Shown here: positions 6,859 through 17,888 of the stretch, piece after piece
How the letters are laid out: the number at the start of each line of letters is the position of its first letter
How positions within the stretch are numbered: position 1 is the first letter of the stretch
Assembly (NCBI GenBank): GCA_047651235.1
Contig: CP178758.1
Span: 2,520,001 to 2,552,000 of the forward strand
DNA from: Candidatus Electrothrix yaqonensis
GTDB lineage: Bacteria; Desulfobacterota; Desulfobulbia; Desulfobulbales; Desulfobulbaceae
Direction: 5' to 3'
Length of the DNA stretch: 32,000 nt
Notes under the pieces: generated by a model
What the model was told of the DNA's origin: nothing
Database searches by the model: none
Seen by the model: only the letters and a program-made list of their open reading frames with translations
Made by a program: the position numbers and the translations under genes

Positions 6859-7596
6859 ATGTTTAAAAAAAAGAGCATAATAGCACTGAAAATCGTCATC
6901 GTGGTATATCTTCTGCTTCCCTCCTCAGCCTGCTGCACACCAAGTAATGCAGATATATTCTTTAAAACAGGCAACATGGAAAGATCCTTCGGAAATCATG
7001 AGGAGGCCAAAAAGGCGTACAGGGAGGCAGAGAAGCTCTACAGACTTGAACAGAACCAGTCGGGACTGGCCGAAGCGCTCCTCGAAATCGGCGATATGGA
7101 GAGATCATTCGGACATCATGACGCAGCCAGAAAAGCGTACATGGAAGCGGAAAAGCTCTACAGACTTGAGCAGAATACGCCGGGACTGGCCGAGGTGTTC
7201 CACGGAATCGCTGAATTGGAAAGCAGGCTCGGAAATTCAGATGCAGCCCTGAAAGCATACAACGAAGTAAATAATTTCTACAGAAAAATCCATAATCAAC
7301 AGAAAACGGAAAAAAAGTTCAATAACCCGCAGGAGAATCTCCCCAAAAAAAACATCGATCAGGAATTATTCAATATCACCCTGAAAATAATCGCAGCGAT
7401 AATCATACTGACAGGTGCTGTAAGCATAATTATTATCGACTGGAAACTGTTTATTCAAAATAACAAAAGAACGTCAGATAACATTTGCAGGATAAAACAA
7501 ATAATTACTTTTTTACGCAGGATGAAGAATAATTTGTTTCCAGCAGCTTTATCTCTCTTCGTGCTGCAGCAGGAGTTTTGCCGGACCATCGTTTAA
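6859..7596 (+). CDS. TPR-like repeat protein with N-terminal signal/anchor and C-terminal TM helix
   Basis: 245 aa. Hydrophobic N-terminus, then 40-aa repeats (GNMERSFGNHEEAKKAYREAEKLYRLEQNQSGLAEALLEI / GDMERSFGHHDAARKAYMEAEKLYRLEQNTPGLAEVFHGI / a third, diverged copy), then the TM segment IIAAIIILTGAVSIIII. The 3' end overlaps the convergent AraC-family gene by 92 nt, so the exact C-terminus is uncertain. Confidence 0.6.
   Translation: MFKKKSIIALKIVIVVYLLLPSSACCTPSNADIFFKTGNMERSFGNHEEAKKAYREAEKLYRLEQNQSGLAEALLEIGDMERSFGHHDAARKAYMEAEKLYRLEQNTPGLAEVFHGIAELESRLGNSDAALKAYNEVNNFYRKIHNQQKTEKKFNNPQENLPKKNIDQELFNITLKIIAAIIILTGAVSIIIIDWKLFIQNNKRTSDNICRIKQIITFLRRMKNNLFPAALSLFVLQQEFCRTIV
6970..7209 (+). 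repeat. 2 x 120-bp tandem repeat (a third degenerate copy runs to about 7300) inside the TPR-like gene
   Basis: 6970-7089 and 7090-7209 align without gaps at roughly 80% identity by eye. Confidence 0.85.
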
Positions 7597-8569
7597 ACGC
7601 CTTCCTGAACCCCCGATTGCTCTCGAATCCCAGGCGGGACGCTATTTCGTCCACGCTGAGGCTGCTGTCGGCCAGCATGCCCATCGCATTGACGTATCTG
7701 ACCTCATCCAGCACTTTGCCCGCAGTGACACCGGAAGGCAGGCGTCGCTTCAGGCTGCTGATACTCATTCCCATAGTCCGCGCAAGCCCGCTTACGGAAT
7801 AATCTCCTTTTATCGCATTACATAGAGCGGCGTTACGGATATCGGCAATCCTATCCGCCTCTTCCATGCCAAGTTCCCGGCGAAGACGCTGCAGACGCTG
7901 TTCCAAAGAGCAACGCATATCCAGCCCTCCCTTTTTGTTTGACCGTTTATCCAGCTCGTCAGTCTTGAGTACCAACGCATTGAACTCGGCATCGAAACTG
8001 ACCGGAACCCGAAAAAAGTTTTCATAGGAAGCGCGGCTTCCACGTGCTTTATGGCGGAACTGAACCCGGATCAGCAGACCTTCCCCGAAGCACTCGTGTA
8101 TAATTCGGGATCCCAGTCCGAGACCGATTTCCGCCCCCATACCGTCGTCAAGTTCACTTAAGGGCTGGCAGGTACGGAAAAATGTTTCAGTCCCACTTTC
8201 AAGAGCCTCTATTTTCAAACGGTCAGCGAGCAAATCACCATGTTCAACAGCCAGATCCAGCATGGTACGTGCATCCGGCGCGCGAAGCAGAAGCCGCCCC
8301 GGAGTCCCGAAATAAGAAAGCGGCGCAATCCCGGCCAATTCCAAGGCCAAGTTTCTTTCAGGAAAGCGGGTGTCCAGCAGATGGAAAATTTTCTCAAAGA
8401 ACTCCTCCGGCAGATAGTGATCAGTATCCATCAGGCGGGCAGGCGCAACACCGGTCTCTTTGCCGATGCTCTCCAAAGACAGACCGACATAGACGGCAAA
8501 AAATGCAGCTACACTGCCCATGCTGCTCAGCATACGACATTTTTCTGACGTTTTCCTGAAGAAAGACAT
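7505..8569 (-). CDS. AraC family transcriptional regulator (AraC-type ligand-binding domain plus C-terminal HTH)
   Basis: 354 aa. The C-terminus SLSVDEIASRLGFESNRGFRKAFKRWSGKTPAAAR is the second AraC HTH signature. Confidence 0.85.
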   Translation of the reverse strand: MSFFRKTSEKCRMLSSMGSVAAFFAVYVGLSLESIGKETGVAPARLMDTDHYLPEEFFEKIFHLLDTRFPERNLALELAGIAPLSYFGTPGRLLLRAPDARTMLDLAVEHGDLLADRLKIEALESGTETFFRTCQPLSELDDGMGAEIGLGLGSRIIHECFGEGLLIRVQFRHKARGSRASYENFFRVPVSFDAEFNALVLKTDELDKRSNKKGGLDMRCSLEQRLQRLRRELGMEEADRIADIRNAALCNAIKGDYSVSGLARTMGMSISSLKRRLPSGVTAGKVLDEVRYVNAMGMLADSSLSVDEIASRLGFESNRGFRKAFKRWSGKTPAAARREIKLLETNYSSSCVKK

Positions 8570-8598
8570 GAAGACACTTTCAGCTGATGGGGCCGTAA

Positions 8599-9189
8599 TT
8601 ATTTATTCAGACAGCATTTCTTGTACTTTTTTCCGTTGCCGTTGTCCTGATGCGCCTGCTGGATCGTCGGGAAGGCTTCTGCCGCCTTGAAGTCAAGCAG
8701 GTCACCGACAAAAAGGCCGTTCAGAATAGGATCATTCCGGCGGTACTGAGCCAGCGCTTTTTCAATACCGGCAACACATGCCTCCCTGGTTTCCGGATGC
8801 TTTCTTCCAATATGACTCAGGCCGGAAGCAGCGGCAGAACGTGCATACAAAGTACGCGCGGTATCGCCCGCATATCGGCTCAGTTCCCGGATCGCGGGTT
8901 CACCGATCAGGGCAAATACCTTGGGTAGATCCTCACTTATCCAGTCGTCATCATATTCATCAACGCGGTAGAGCAGGTCGAGCAAGGCAGGAACCGCCTC
9001 GGCGGCCTGCAGCATTCCCAAGGTGCGCCAGGCGTGCAGCGACGCCCATACCTCGCTGCTTTCTGAATCTGCCTGGTGGAGTTCTTCATCACCGATCATT
9101 TTGATGAGTTCGGGAATGTGCTCCCGGGTCAGGCCGAGTTCCTGGTAGACAGACCAGTCTTTGATATCAAATGCGCTGCCGTAGGTCAC
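8599..9189 (-). CDS. DUF1186-like protein with a degenerate SEC-C motif tail
   Basis: 196 aa. Helical repeat region (VPALLDLLYRVDEYDDDWISEDLPKVFALIG) and a C-terminal GKKYKKCC. The usual preceding CxC of the SEC-C motif is absent. GTG start. Confidence 0.65.
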   Translation of the reverse strand: MTYGSAFDIKDWSVYQELGLTREHIPELIKMIGDEELHQADSESSEVWASLHAWRTLGMLQAAEAVPALLDLLYRVDEYDDDWISEDLPKVFALIGEPAIRELSRYAGDTARTLYARSAAASGLSHIGRKHPETREACVAGIEKALAQYRRNDPILNGLFVGDLLDFKAAEAFPTIQQAHQDNGNGKKYKKCCLNK

Positions 9190-9441
9190 GAGCTGACGGG
9201 TTCGGTGTATTGGTTGGTATTCATGAGTTCATGAGGCATGTGTATGGGATAGGAGTTGATTTTTGATCAGCAGATTCTACTGCAGGGTCTATGAAGAAGC
9301 AAATGCTTTCTGGGAGTTAGGAGGGAATGGTGTTGACGGATGCGGAAAGGGGAGTTAGAACAAACAGAAAGCTTCCTCGGAAAGGATATGGTGAGTCAGG
9401 TAGGACGAACGAAAAAAGGTATTCAAGGGAGGATAAGGACT

Positions 9442-12400
9442 ATGGCGGAGAAACTCCATGCGACCAAGCCGCAAAAGAGGCATCTTATGAGCACACTCGG
9501 AGAACAATGGGTCACTAGACGTGATGGATATCGTTCAAAGACCGGCTGGGCCTTACAGGTTGTGCAGGATACCCTTGCCATGCAGGTCACCATGCCGTTG
9601 AGATTATATGATGTCAATGCGGCAAAGAGTATTGAGGGCTATTTTGATGAGTTAGAATATGATCTACAGGGAAAAAGGGAATATTCTAACCAGGAGACAG
9701 GAGACTTATTATGCTCTATAGAAGCTACAGGATTAACCAGGAAATTCAGTAGCTATTATTATTCCCCATGGGCAACCCGGTCGAGCAATAATGATATGCT
9801 GATCGAGAAGATTTCTTCATGGAATGTATGGCAATGTTTTCAGTACGTCATCATGAAGGAAATACATAAAAATTATCTGGATAACCTTGATAATATAACC
9901 TTAACGGTATGTGAAAAGTTAATCTACTACTTTTATCGTATAAGGACAGACAAGAGTGATATGGATTTTATTCTCGTCGGCGGACCGAGAATTGATATTC
10001 CTTGCAATGAAGGAACGTGCAGTATTGAAGAAACAGTAGATTTTTTTCAAAAATTTGGGACTGTCCTGATAGATAGTCAGGCACCTCAATGGACCAGGCC
10101 GGACAGAACAGACCTTACAATATTATGCAGAGCAGTGAACACGCCTGATGAGGTAAGAGAACAACTGCAACAAACAGGTAAGAGTGTAAAAAGGCTTTTT
10201 GATATTGACATTAGCCCTGAGATACATGAGGATATTATTTTTAATAGGAAAACTGTCATGAAAATAGCGAGACATGCCTTTGATCGCGCTAGTTCTCATC
10301 GTGACACCTCTGTTAATACCTTTTATATCCCGATTAATCAGCGGAAGGACAATACTATTCAGCTCCATATAGATAATTCAAAAAGACAATGGAAAATTAT
10401 TCGAGCAATCAACAGACCCTCTGAGGCTGATTCTTCATTCATAGAAGAATCAGCTGAAACTATACTGTTTGAACAAAATAGAATTTTTTATTTTCACCAA
10501 AGACTCAAACTTCTTCGTTCATGGATAGAGCATCATGTTGGAATCATTGCAGCCGAGCATACAGCAGAAACGGGAGATTCGATAGATCCTATTGTCAATA
10601 AACTTGCTGCACAAATAGCTGATTTACTTCTGGCTGAAACAGCCTCAATTTTTCGCTACGATTATCATACAGAGAGTCTTTGTGCCCTTGCACTCTACTA
10701 TTCAGGAGGGGACCGGATGCAGGGTGCTGCAGAGTGGAAAGAATCACAAATGCATTTAATACGGGAAGCCGCGAAGGATAAGGAGAAAAGAAAATCAAGT
10801 ATAAGCTACCGAGTGAAAGACGGGAAGAAGAAAGACCGGCTTTGTTATTTTTATGATCATAAAACGGGGATTGCCGACCCTCTTGAGGAAACACTTCTTT
10901 CAGCGGCCAGCGATACCTATGAACGGCCAAAGAGCGGCATGGCACTTCCCATCTATATACATGGGCGCCTTTTCGGTGTTTTGGAGGTCTCCGGCCTCTG
11001 TGAATACCAATTTGGTCAGGATGATCTTTACTACGCCTCCTTAATAGCTGATGAAATCGGACGCAATCTCTATCAGAAATATGTTTGGCAGTATATTAAT
11101 TATGTAATCAAAGAAACAAATATACACGCTGATTCGCAACAGAAATATAATGCTTTATGTGAAGCAGCCTGTAAAATTTTTATGGCTGAAACAAGCACAT
11201 TCTGGAAACCGGATAACAGCCGTAAAGCGTGTCATCCTATTGGCTGGTTTAACAGAGAAGATCTCAACGAGATCTGTGAAGACGAAAATTGCGAGAGTAG
11301 ATTGGAAGAAGATTACGGCAGTTCTATAGGCACAGCTATTAAGAAGCTATTAGGTAACCCTGATGAATATTATGCGTGTTCAGATATCCAGACATTGAAA
11401 GAGAATGATCCAGAAGGGTGGAATGCTAATACAATCAATGAAATGAAGCCACAACGACGATGGATACTTGAAAATGAAATAACATCTGTGGTTGTTATTC
11501 CGCTTTATCCCTGGGAAAAGAGAGAGGAACGCGGGGAGTCTTTTCAATTCATCCTCTGTCTGTACTATAAGGACTCAGAAAGAAAAGATCCTCTTGGTAG
11601 CCAATGGAACCCGACTGTAAAGTTTGTTGCTCATAATTTTGGCTTACACCTTGAGACGATAAAACTAGAAAAAGATAAAGATACGCTTGAAGCTGAAACG
11701 ATCAAATTAGCAAACGATAAAGATACGCTCGAAGCTGCGAAAGCATCCCGTGAGAAAGAGATAAAAGGCATGGAGCAAAAGATCAATGAGCTTGGAACAA
11801 CGATTGATGAGAAAAACAGATTACAAAAGAAGAAGGGCCTTATCGAACATGAGTTAAAAGGACAGATACCTCTGGTGCTGGAAAAAGCGGGTAATATTCT
11901 TGACTCAATACGGAAAACACCGAGGGGAAGGTTGATAATAGATAGACAGAAAGCATTCCGTCTTGAAGAGTGGATGCAGGACTTGGAGATATATAAACAG
12001 GATTTACATCTCATGCTCCTCCTTCTCAATGATGACAAGTTAGCTGATGAGACACCTGATATAGGAAGACTTACATTTAATATTTCTGAATTACGTGGTA
12101 AAAAAATAACCAAGAAACGAGTCAAGGTTCGTGAGGTATTTAACAGCCTCTATCGAGGAACAAACTATGATCGTTGCCGTAAGAATATACAGGATGATAC
12201 TGCTCTTTCAGGCGAAATATGGCCTGCGGTCCTGATAGCAGAAGAACATCTCACCAGAATACTCTCTAACCTCATTTCTAACGCCGTAAAATATTCTCTT
12301 CCTCATACGTCAATCTCGGTAAAAGGAGAGTTTGATAGGTTTCAAAACTTTACACTTTCTATTTCAAATTATACAGCACCCTTTAGCGAAGAGTTTGATA

Positions 12401-12633
12401 TTTCCCGTCTCAAGCTTTATGGTGTTCGAGGGTCGAATAATATAGAAAACATTTCCGGTAAAGGTTTGGGTTTGTATCTTGTTGATGGGCTATGTTCTTA
12501 TAATAGCTTAGGTCTTGATTTTGATTACCAGGAGTCGGAATATGATGGCATACTGTGCGGGAAGTTTACAGCCAATCTCTTATTTCCTTGTGACAGTATC
12601 CTTATAAAGACACCAGAGGAGAAAACAATATGA
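9442..12633 (+). CDS. large soluble sensor protein: unknown ~400-aa N-domain, two GAF-like domains, coiled coil, histidine-kinase-like DHp and HATPase_c
   Basis: The ORF is open from 9340, but ATG 9442 has a good SD (AAGGGAGG, 9425-9432). GAF-like blocks are ...LLLAETASIFRYDY...LPIYIHGRLFGVLEVSG and ...IFMAETSTFWKP...VVVIPLYPW. A coiled coil follows. H-box-like IEHELKGQIPLV, N-box LSNLISNAVKYS, G2-like GKGLGLYLV. The G1 DxGxG position reads SNYTAPF. No TM segment was seen. Confidence 0.8.
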   Translation: MAEKLHATKPQKRHLMSTLGEQWVTRRDGYRSKTGWALQVVQDTLAMQVTMPLRLYDVNAAKSIEGYFDELEYDLQGKREYSNQETGDLLCSIEATGLTRKFSSYYYSPWATRSSNNDMLIEKISSWNVWQCFQYVIMKEIHKNYLDNLDNITLTVCEKLIYYFYRIRTDKSDMDFILVGGPRIDIPCNEGTCSIEETVDFFQKFGTVLIDSQAPQWTRPDRTDLTILCRAVNTPDEVREQLQQTGKSVKRLFDIDISPEIHEDIIFNRKTVMKIARHAFDRASSHRDTSVNTFYIPINQRKDNTIQLHIDNSKRQWKIIRAINRPSEADSSFIEESAETILFEQNRIFYFHQRLKLLRSWIEHHVGIIAAEHTAETGDSIDPIVNKLAAQIADLLLAETASIFRYDYHTESLCALALYYSGGDRMQGAAEWKESQMHLIREAAKDKEKRKSSISYRVKDGKKKDRLCYFYDHKTGIADPLEETLLSAASDTYERPKSGMALPIYIHGRLFGVLEVSGLCEYQFGQDDLYYASLIADEIGRNLYQKYVWQYINYVIKETNIHADSQQKYNALCEAACKIFMAETSTFWKPDNSRKACHPIGWFNREDLNEICEDENCESRLEEDYGSSIGTAIKKLLGNPDEYYACSDIQTLKENDPEGWNANTINEMKPQRRWILENEITSVVVIPLYPWEKREERGESFQFILCLYYKDSERKDPLGSQWNPTVKFVAHNFGLHLETIKLEKDKDTLEAETIKLANDKDTLEAAKASREKEIKGMEQKINELGTTIDEKNRLQKKKGLIEHELKGQIPLVLEKAGNILDSIRKTPRGRLIIDRQKAFRLEEWMQDLEIYKQDLHLMLLLLNDDKLADETPDIGRLTFNISELRGKKITKKRVKVREVFNSLYRGTNYDRCRKNIQDDTALSGEIWPAVLIAEEHLTRILSNLISNAVKYSLPHTSISVKGEFDRFQNFTLSISNYTAPFSEEFDISRLKLYGVRGSNNIENISGKGLGLYLVDGLCSYNSLGLDFDYQESEYDGILCGKFTANLLFPCDSILIKTPEEKTI
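11653..11736 (+). repeat. 2 x 42-nt in-frame tandem repeat in the kinase coiled coil
   Basis: GAGACGATAAAACTAGAAAAAGATAAAGATACGCTTGAAGCT / GAAACGATCAAATTAGCAAACGATAAAGATACGCTCGAAGCT, encoding ETIKLEKDKDTLEA / ETIKLANDKDTLEA. Confidence 0.9.
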
Positions 12634-13115
12634 AAAATAAACATATTTTATGGATTGAGGATTTAGAACATTCAGTTGCTGACGAGAAGTGTTGGTGCGA
12701 GAGTCAAGGTTTTCTGGTTAAAATGGTTAACCATCCTGCGAGGTTTGCTGAATATCTGGAAAGGAACAAAGAGAATATTCGACTTTTGATACTAGACATC
12801 ATGCTTGCAGGCGTGAATAATTTGAAAACTATAGGAGTTTGCGACTCAGATACTCTTGGAGGAAGAGAGGCTGGCTGGGAACTTGTCCGGCGTTTTCTTC
12901 GTTCTGAACCAAAATCACCTTATGCTAAAATACCTGTGCTTATCGTTTCTGCACGAATGAAGTCTGAAAGAGATGATGAAGATATTTTTACTTACAGCGC
13001 AGATGGAATGGGGGAAATTCGATATATTGAGAAGAGAAATCCAGATATTAACTGGTCAGAACAGTTTAAAAACGATGTTGTTGATCTAAGCTCTATAGGG
13101 AGAAATATCGTATGA
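12630..13115 (+). CDS. stand-alone response-regulator receiver domain protein (no output domain)
   Basis: 161 aa. ATGA overlap with the kinase gene. ILWIEDLE (acidic pocket), LLILDIML (phospho-acceptor Asp candidate), IPVLIVSA (conserved Ser/Thr position). An insertion lies between beta3 and alpha3. Confidence 0.75.
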   Translation: MKNKHILWIEDLEHSVADEKCWCESQGFLVKMVNHPARFAEYLERNKENIRLLILDIMLAGVNNLKTIGVCDSDTLGGREAGWELVRRFLRSEPKSPYAKIPVLIVSARMKSERDDEDIFTYSADGMGEIRYIEKRNPDINWSEQFKNDVVDLSSIGRNIV

Positions 13116-13477
13116 AGAAAAACCTGCTTCTTTTGGCCACTGTTTTTTCAATCATTTACATCCCACTTTTGTTTCTATTTTTTTTCATTGTTCCAGATTC
13201 CTCTATAGAACAGCACAGAGAGAATATATCAAATGTTCTTGATAAGCCAGCATCTGTTGATCATAAGGAACAAGAAGATAGAAGCCGATCTGAAAAATAT
13301 GATAGATTTAACGAACAGCTCTCAAACGCTGTAGCAATTGTAGCAAGAGAAAATGAAAACACAGAAAATATAATACTCTTATTAAATATAGTAGCAGTCC
13401 TTATTCCTATAATATTTTCCATCATAACTTTATTTTTTTGCAGTCAAAAGGAGAAAAGCAAATTGAATCTAATGTAA
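13112..13477 (+). CDS. small membrane protein, two predicted TM helices
   Basis: 121 aa. ATGA overlap with the receiver gene. Hydrophobic LLLLATVFSIIYIPLLFLFFFIV and IILLLNIVAVLIPIIFSIITLFF. It may be fused to the next ORF by a -1 shift at the T7 run (13433-13439). Confidence 0.55.
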   Translation: MKKNLLLLATVFSIIYIPLLFLFFFIVPDSSIEQHRENISNVLDKPASVDHKEQEDRSRSEKYDRFNEQLSNAVAIVARENENTENIILLLNIVAVLIPIIFSIITLFFCSQKEKSKLNLM

Positions 13478-14220
13478 CAGGAAAGATAAACGATATTGTT
13501 GAACACAAAGAGAAAGAACTGAACTCAAGATTGATTGAGAGACTGAATATTAAAATTGAAGGAAAGAAAAATGAACTGACTGACAGTATAGAAATTAAAA
13601 TTAACGATCTAATAGAAAAAAATACTTTTGGGTGCGAAGAACACTTGGAAGGAAAACTATCTGAGATGAAAGTTGATCTTTCAAAAGAGTGGAAAAATAT
13701 CAAAAATGAATTTTCTGGCATGCAGGATGAATTGCTTCAGCACATGAAAGTTGAAGATGATAAAATATTAAGTCTTAGAAATGAGTTATCTGAAGAATGG
13801 AAAAACTTGAAAGATGAGCTATCCGGTATGCAGGACGAACTGTTTCAGTACATGAAAATTGAAGACACCCTTTCGTCCCGAATTAGAGACAGGAAAGCTC
13901 AAACAATTTTGAATCATTGGCTTAATGCAATGTACCAACTCAGAGATTCTTCAGAAAAAAAGTCTCTTTCTCTACTCCTCAAGCAGCACATAGAATTTAT
14001 TTTTTCACTGGAGCAGCTCTGTTCAACAGCACCGGAAACCATTGTTGACGGGCTGTTCTACCTTGAAGGCCATGCAGATGAGGTGCCAAGAAGCGACCTC
14101 CTTAATCTTCTGGGCGAACTCAAAAGACAGCAACGGCTCAATGAAAGAGATGTTTTTATTCCATTAAGAAGGCTGGAAATCAAACTCCAAGATACGGGCG
14201 AAGACAAGTTGGAAACCTAA
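13438..14220 (+). CDS. coiled-coil protein with internal repeats; start uncertain
   Basis: 260 aa from a TTG that lies inside a T-run with no upstream SD. The frame opens only at 13357, and no ATG/GTG precedes the TTG. Heptad-like Glu/Lys-rich sequence. Confidence 0.55.
   Translation: MQSKGEKQIESNVTGKINDIVEHKEKELNSRLIERLNIKIEGKKNELTDSIEIKINDLIEKNTFGCEEHLEGKLSEMKVDLSKEWKNIKNEFSGMQDELLQHMKVEDDKILSLRNELSEEWKNLKDELSGMQDELFQYMKIEDTLSSRIRDRKAQTILNHWLNAMYQLRDSSEKKSLSLLLKQHIEFIFSLEQLCSTAPETIVDGLFYLEGHADEVPRSDLLNLLGELKRQQRLNERDVFIPLRRLEIKLQDTGEDKLET
13678..13867 (+). repeat. in-frame duplicated segment, 108-nt period, in the coiled-coil gene
   Basis: LSKEWKNIKNEFSGMQDELLQHMKVED vs LSEEWKNLKDELSGMQDELFQYMKIED, starting at 13678 and 13786. 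Confidence 0.85.
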
Positions 14221-14239
14221 TTTCGTTTCAAATACAACC

Positions 14240-14275
14240 AAAAAGGGCAAATCGCAAAGCGATCCGCCCTTTCTG
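14240..14275. terminator. bidirectional Rho-independent terminator between the accessory operon and ppsA
   Basis: AAAAAGGGCaaATCGCaaaGCGATccGCCCTTTCT: a two-tier GC stem flanked by an A-run and a T-run. Confidence 0.7.
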
Positions 14276-14308
14276 AACTCCTCAGAGACTCAGCTGTAGC
14301 TCCTCATT

Positions 14309-16753
<2,445 letters not shown>

Positions 16754-17054
16754 GTTTTCATCTCCCAGACCACAAGGTCTTTATTAAAAATAACTGAGCA
16801 AGTAAAACAGCGTATAAGCAATGTATTCCGCAGTACGGGTTTTTTATGCAGAGGGCAAAACTATGATAAAATTTTTCCGGATTGTCAACCTTAACCCGTG
16901 CACGGCCTGAGATTTTGAGGTAATCTGGCGAAAAACAGCCGTCAGTACCTGCTTTTCCCCTGAAACTGCAATATGCATATTATGCACAGCGCAGCAGGCG
17001 GAGGGGCAGAACTGAACAACGTCAACTTCAGCCGTAACGGTATGCAAGAGTCTT

Positions 17055-17888
17055 ATGTGGGAATATACAGATAAAGTCAAGCAGCATTTCATTGATCCGC
17101 AGAATGTGGGCGAAGTGGAGAGCCCCAGCGGCACCGGTGACGTGGGTTCCCTGGCCTGCGGCGACGCCCTGAAACTGACCATCAAAGTGGATGAAAACGA
17201 TATCATCACCGAGGCGAAGTTCAAGACCTTCGGCTGCGCTTCCGCCATTGCCTCTTCTTCTGTTCTGACAGAACTCATCAAAGGCATGTCCGTGGACGAA
17301 GCCGCCAAGGTCACCAACGAGGATATTGCTCAGGCCCTGGGCGGCCTGCCCAAGGAGAAAATGCACTGCTCGGTTATGGGCAGGGAGGCCCTGGAAGCAG
17401 CCATTGCCGATTATCGCGGTATGATCCTGCCTATGGCCCAGGGCGAGGTGGTCTGCGAGTGCTTCGGGGTCACTGATCTGGAGATCAGCCGGGCAATCAA
17501 GGAATCCGGTCTGCGTTCCGTGGAGGAAATCACCAACTTTACCAAGGCCGGGGGCGGCTGCGGCAAATGTGAGGATCGGCTGCGGCAGCTCCTCCGCCAG
17601 ACCGTGGAGGGCATTTCAACCCCCATCAAACCGGTTGAAAAGCAGCGTATGACCACTCTGCAGAAAATCAAGAAGATCGAGGAGGTCATTGAGCGGGAAA
17701 TCCGGCCCACCCTGAAAAAGGATGGCGGCGATATCGAACTGATCGATGTGGACGGCGATTTCGTCACGGTGTCCCTGCGCGGGGCCTGTGCCGGGTGTCA
17801 GTCATCCCGGACAACCCTGAAGGTCTATGTGGAAAAGAAACTGCGTGAACAGGTGGTTGACAGCCTGATCGTCGAGGAGGGAAGATAA
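17055..17888 (+). CDS. nifU: NifU: IscU-like N-domain, central BFD-like [2Fe-2S] domain, C-terminal NifU domain
   Basis: 277 aa. GSLACGDALKL, FKTFGCASAIASSS, HCSVMG, central CECFGVT...GGGCGKC, C-terminal GACAGCQSS. Confidence 0.9.
   Translation: MWEYTDKVKQHFIDPQNVGEVESPSGTGDVGSLACGDALKLTIKVDENDIITEAKFKTFGCASAIASSSVLTELIKGMSVDEAAKVTNEDIAQALGGLPKEKMHCSVMGREALEAAIADYRGMILPMAQGEVVCECFGVTDLEISRAIKESGLRSVEEITNFTKAGGGCGKCEDRLRQLLRQTVEGISTPIKPVEKQRMTTLQKIKKIEEVIEREIRPTLKKDGGDIELIDVDGDFVTVSLRGACAGCQSSRTTLKVYVEKKLREQVVDSLIVEEGR

Noticed and set aside
6970-7300. Diversity-generating retroelement (template/variable repeat pair) in the TPR-like gene
   Set aside because: Differences between the 120-bp repeats are not restricted to adenine positions. 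No reverse transcriptase is nearby.
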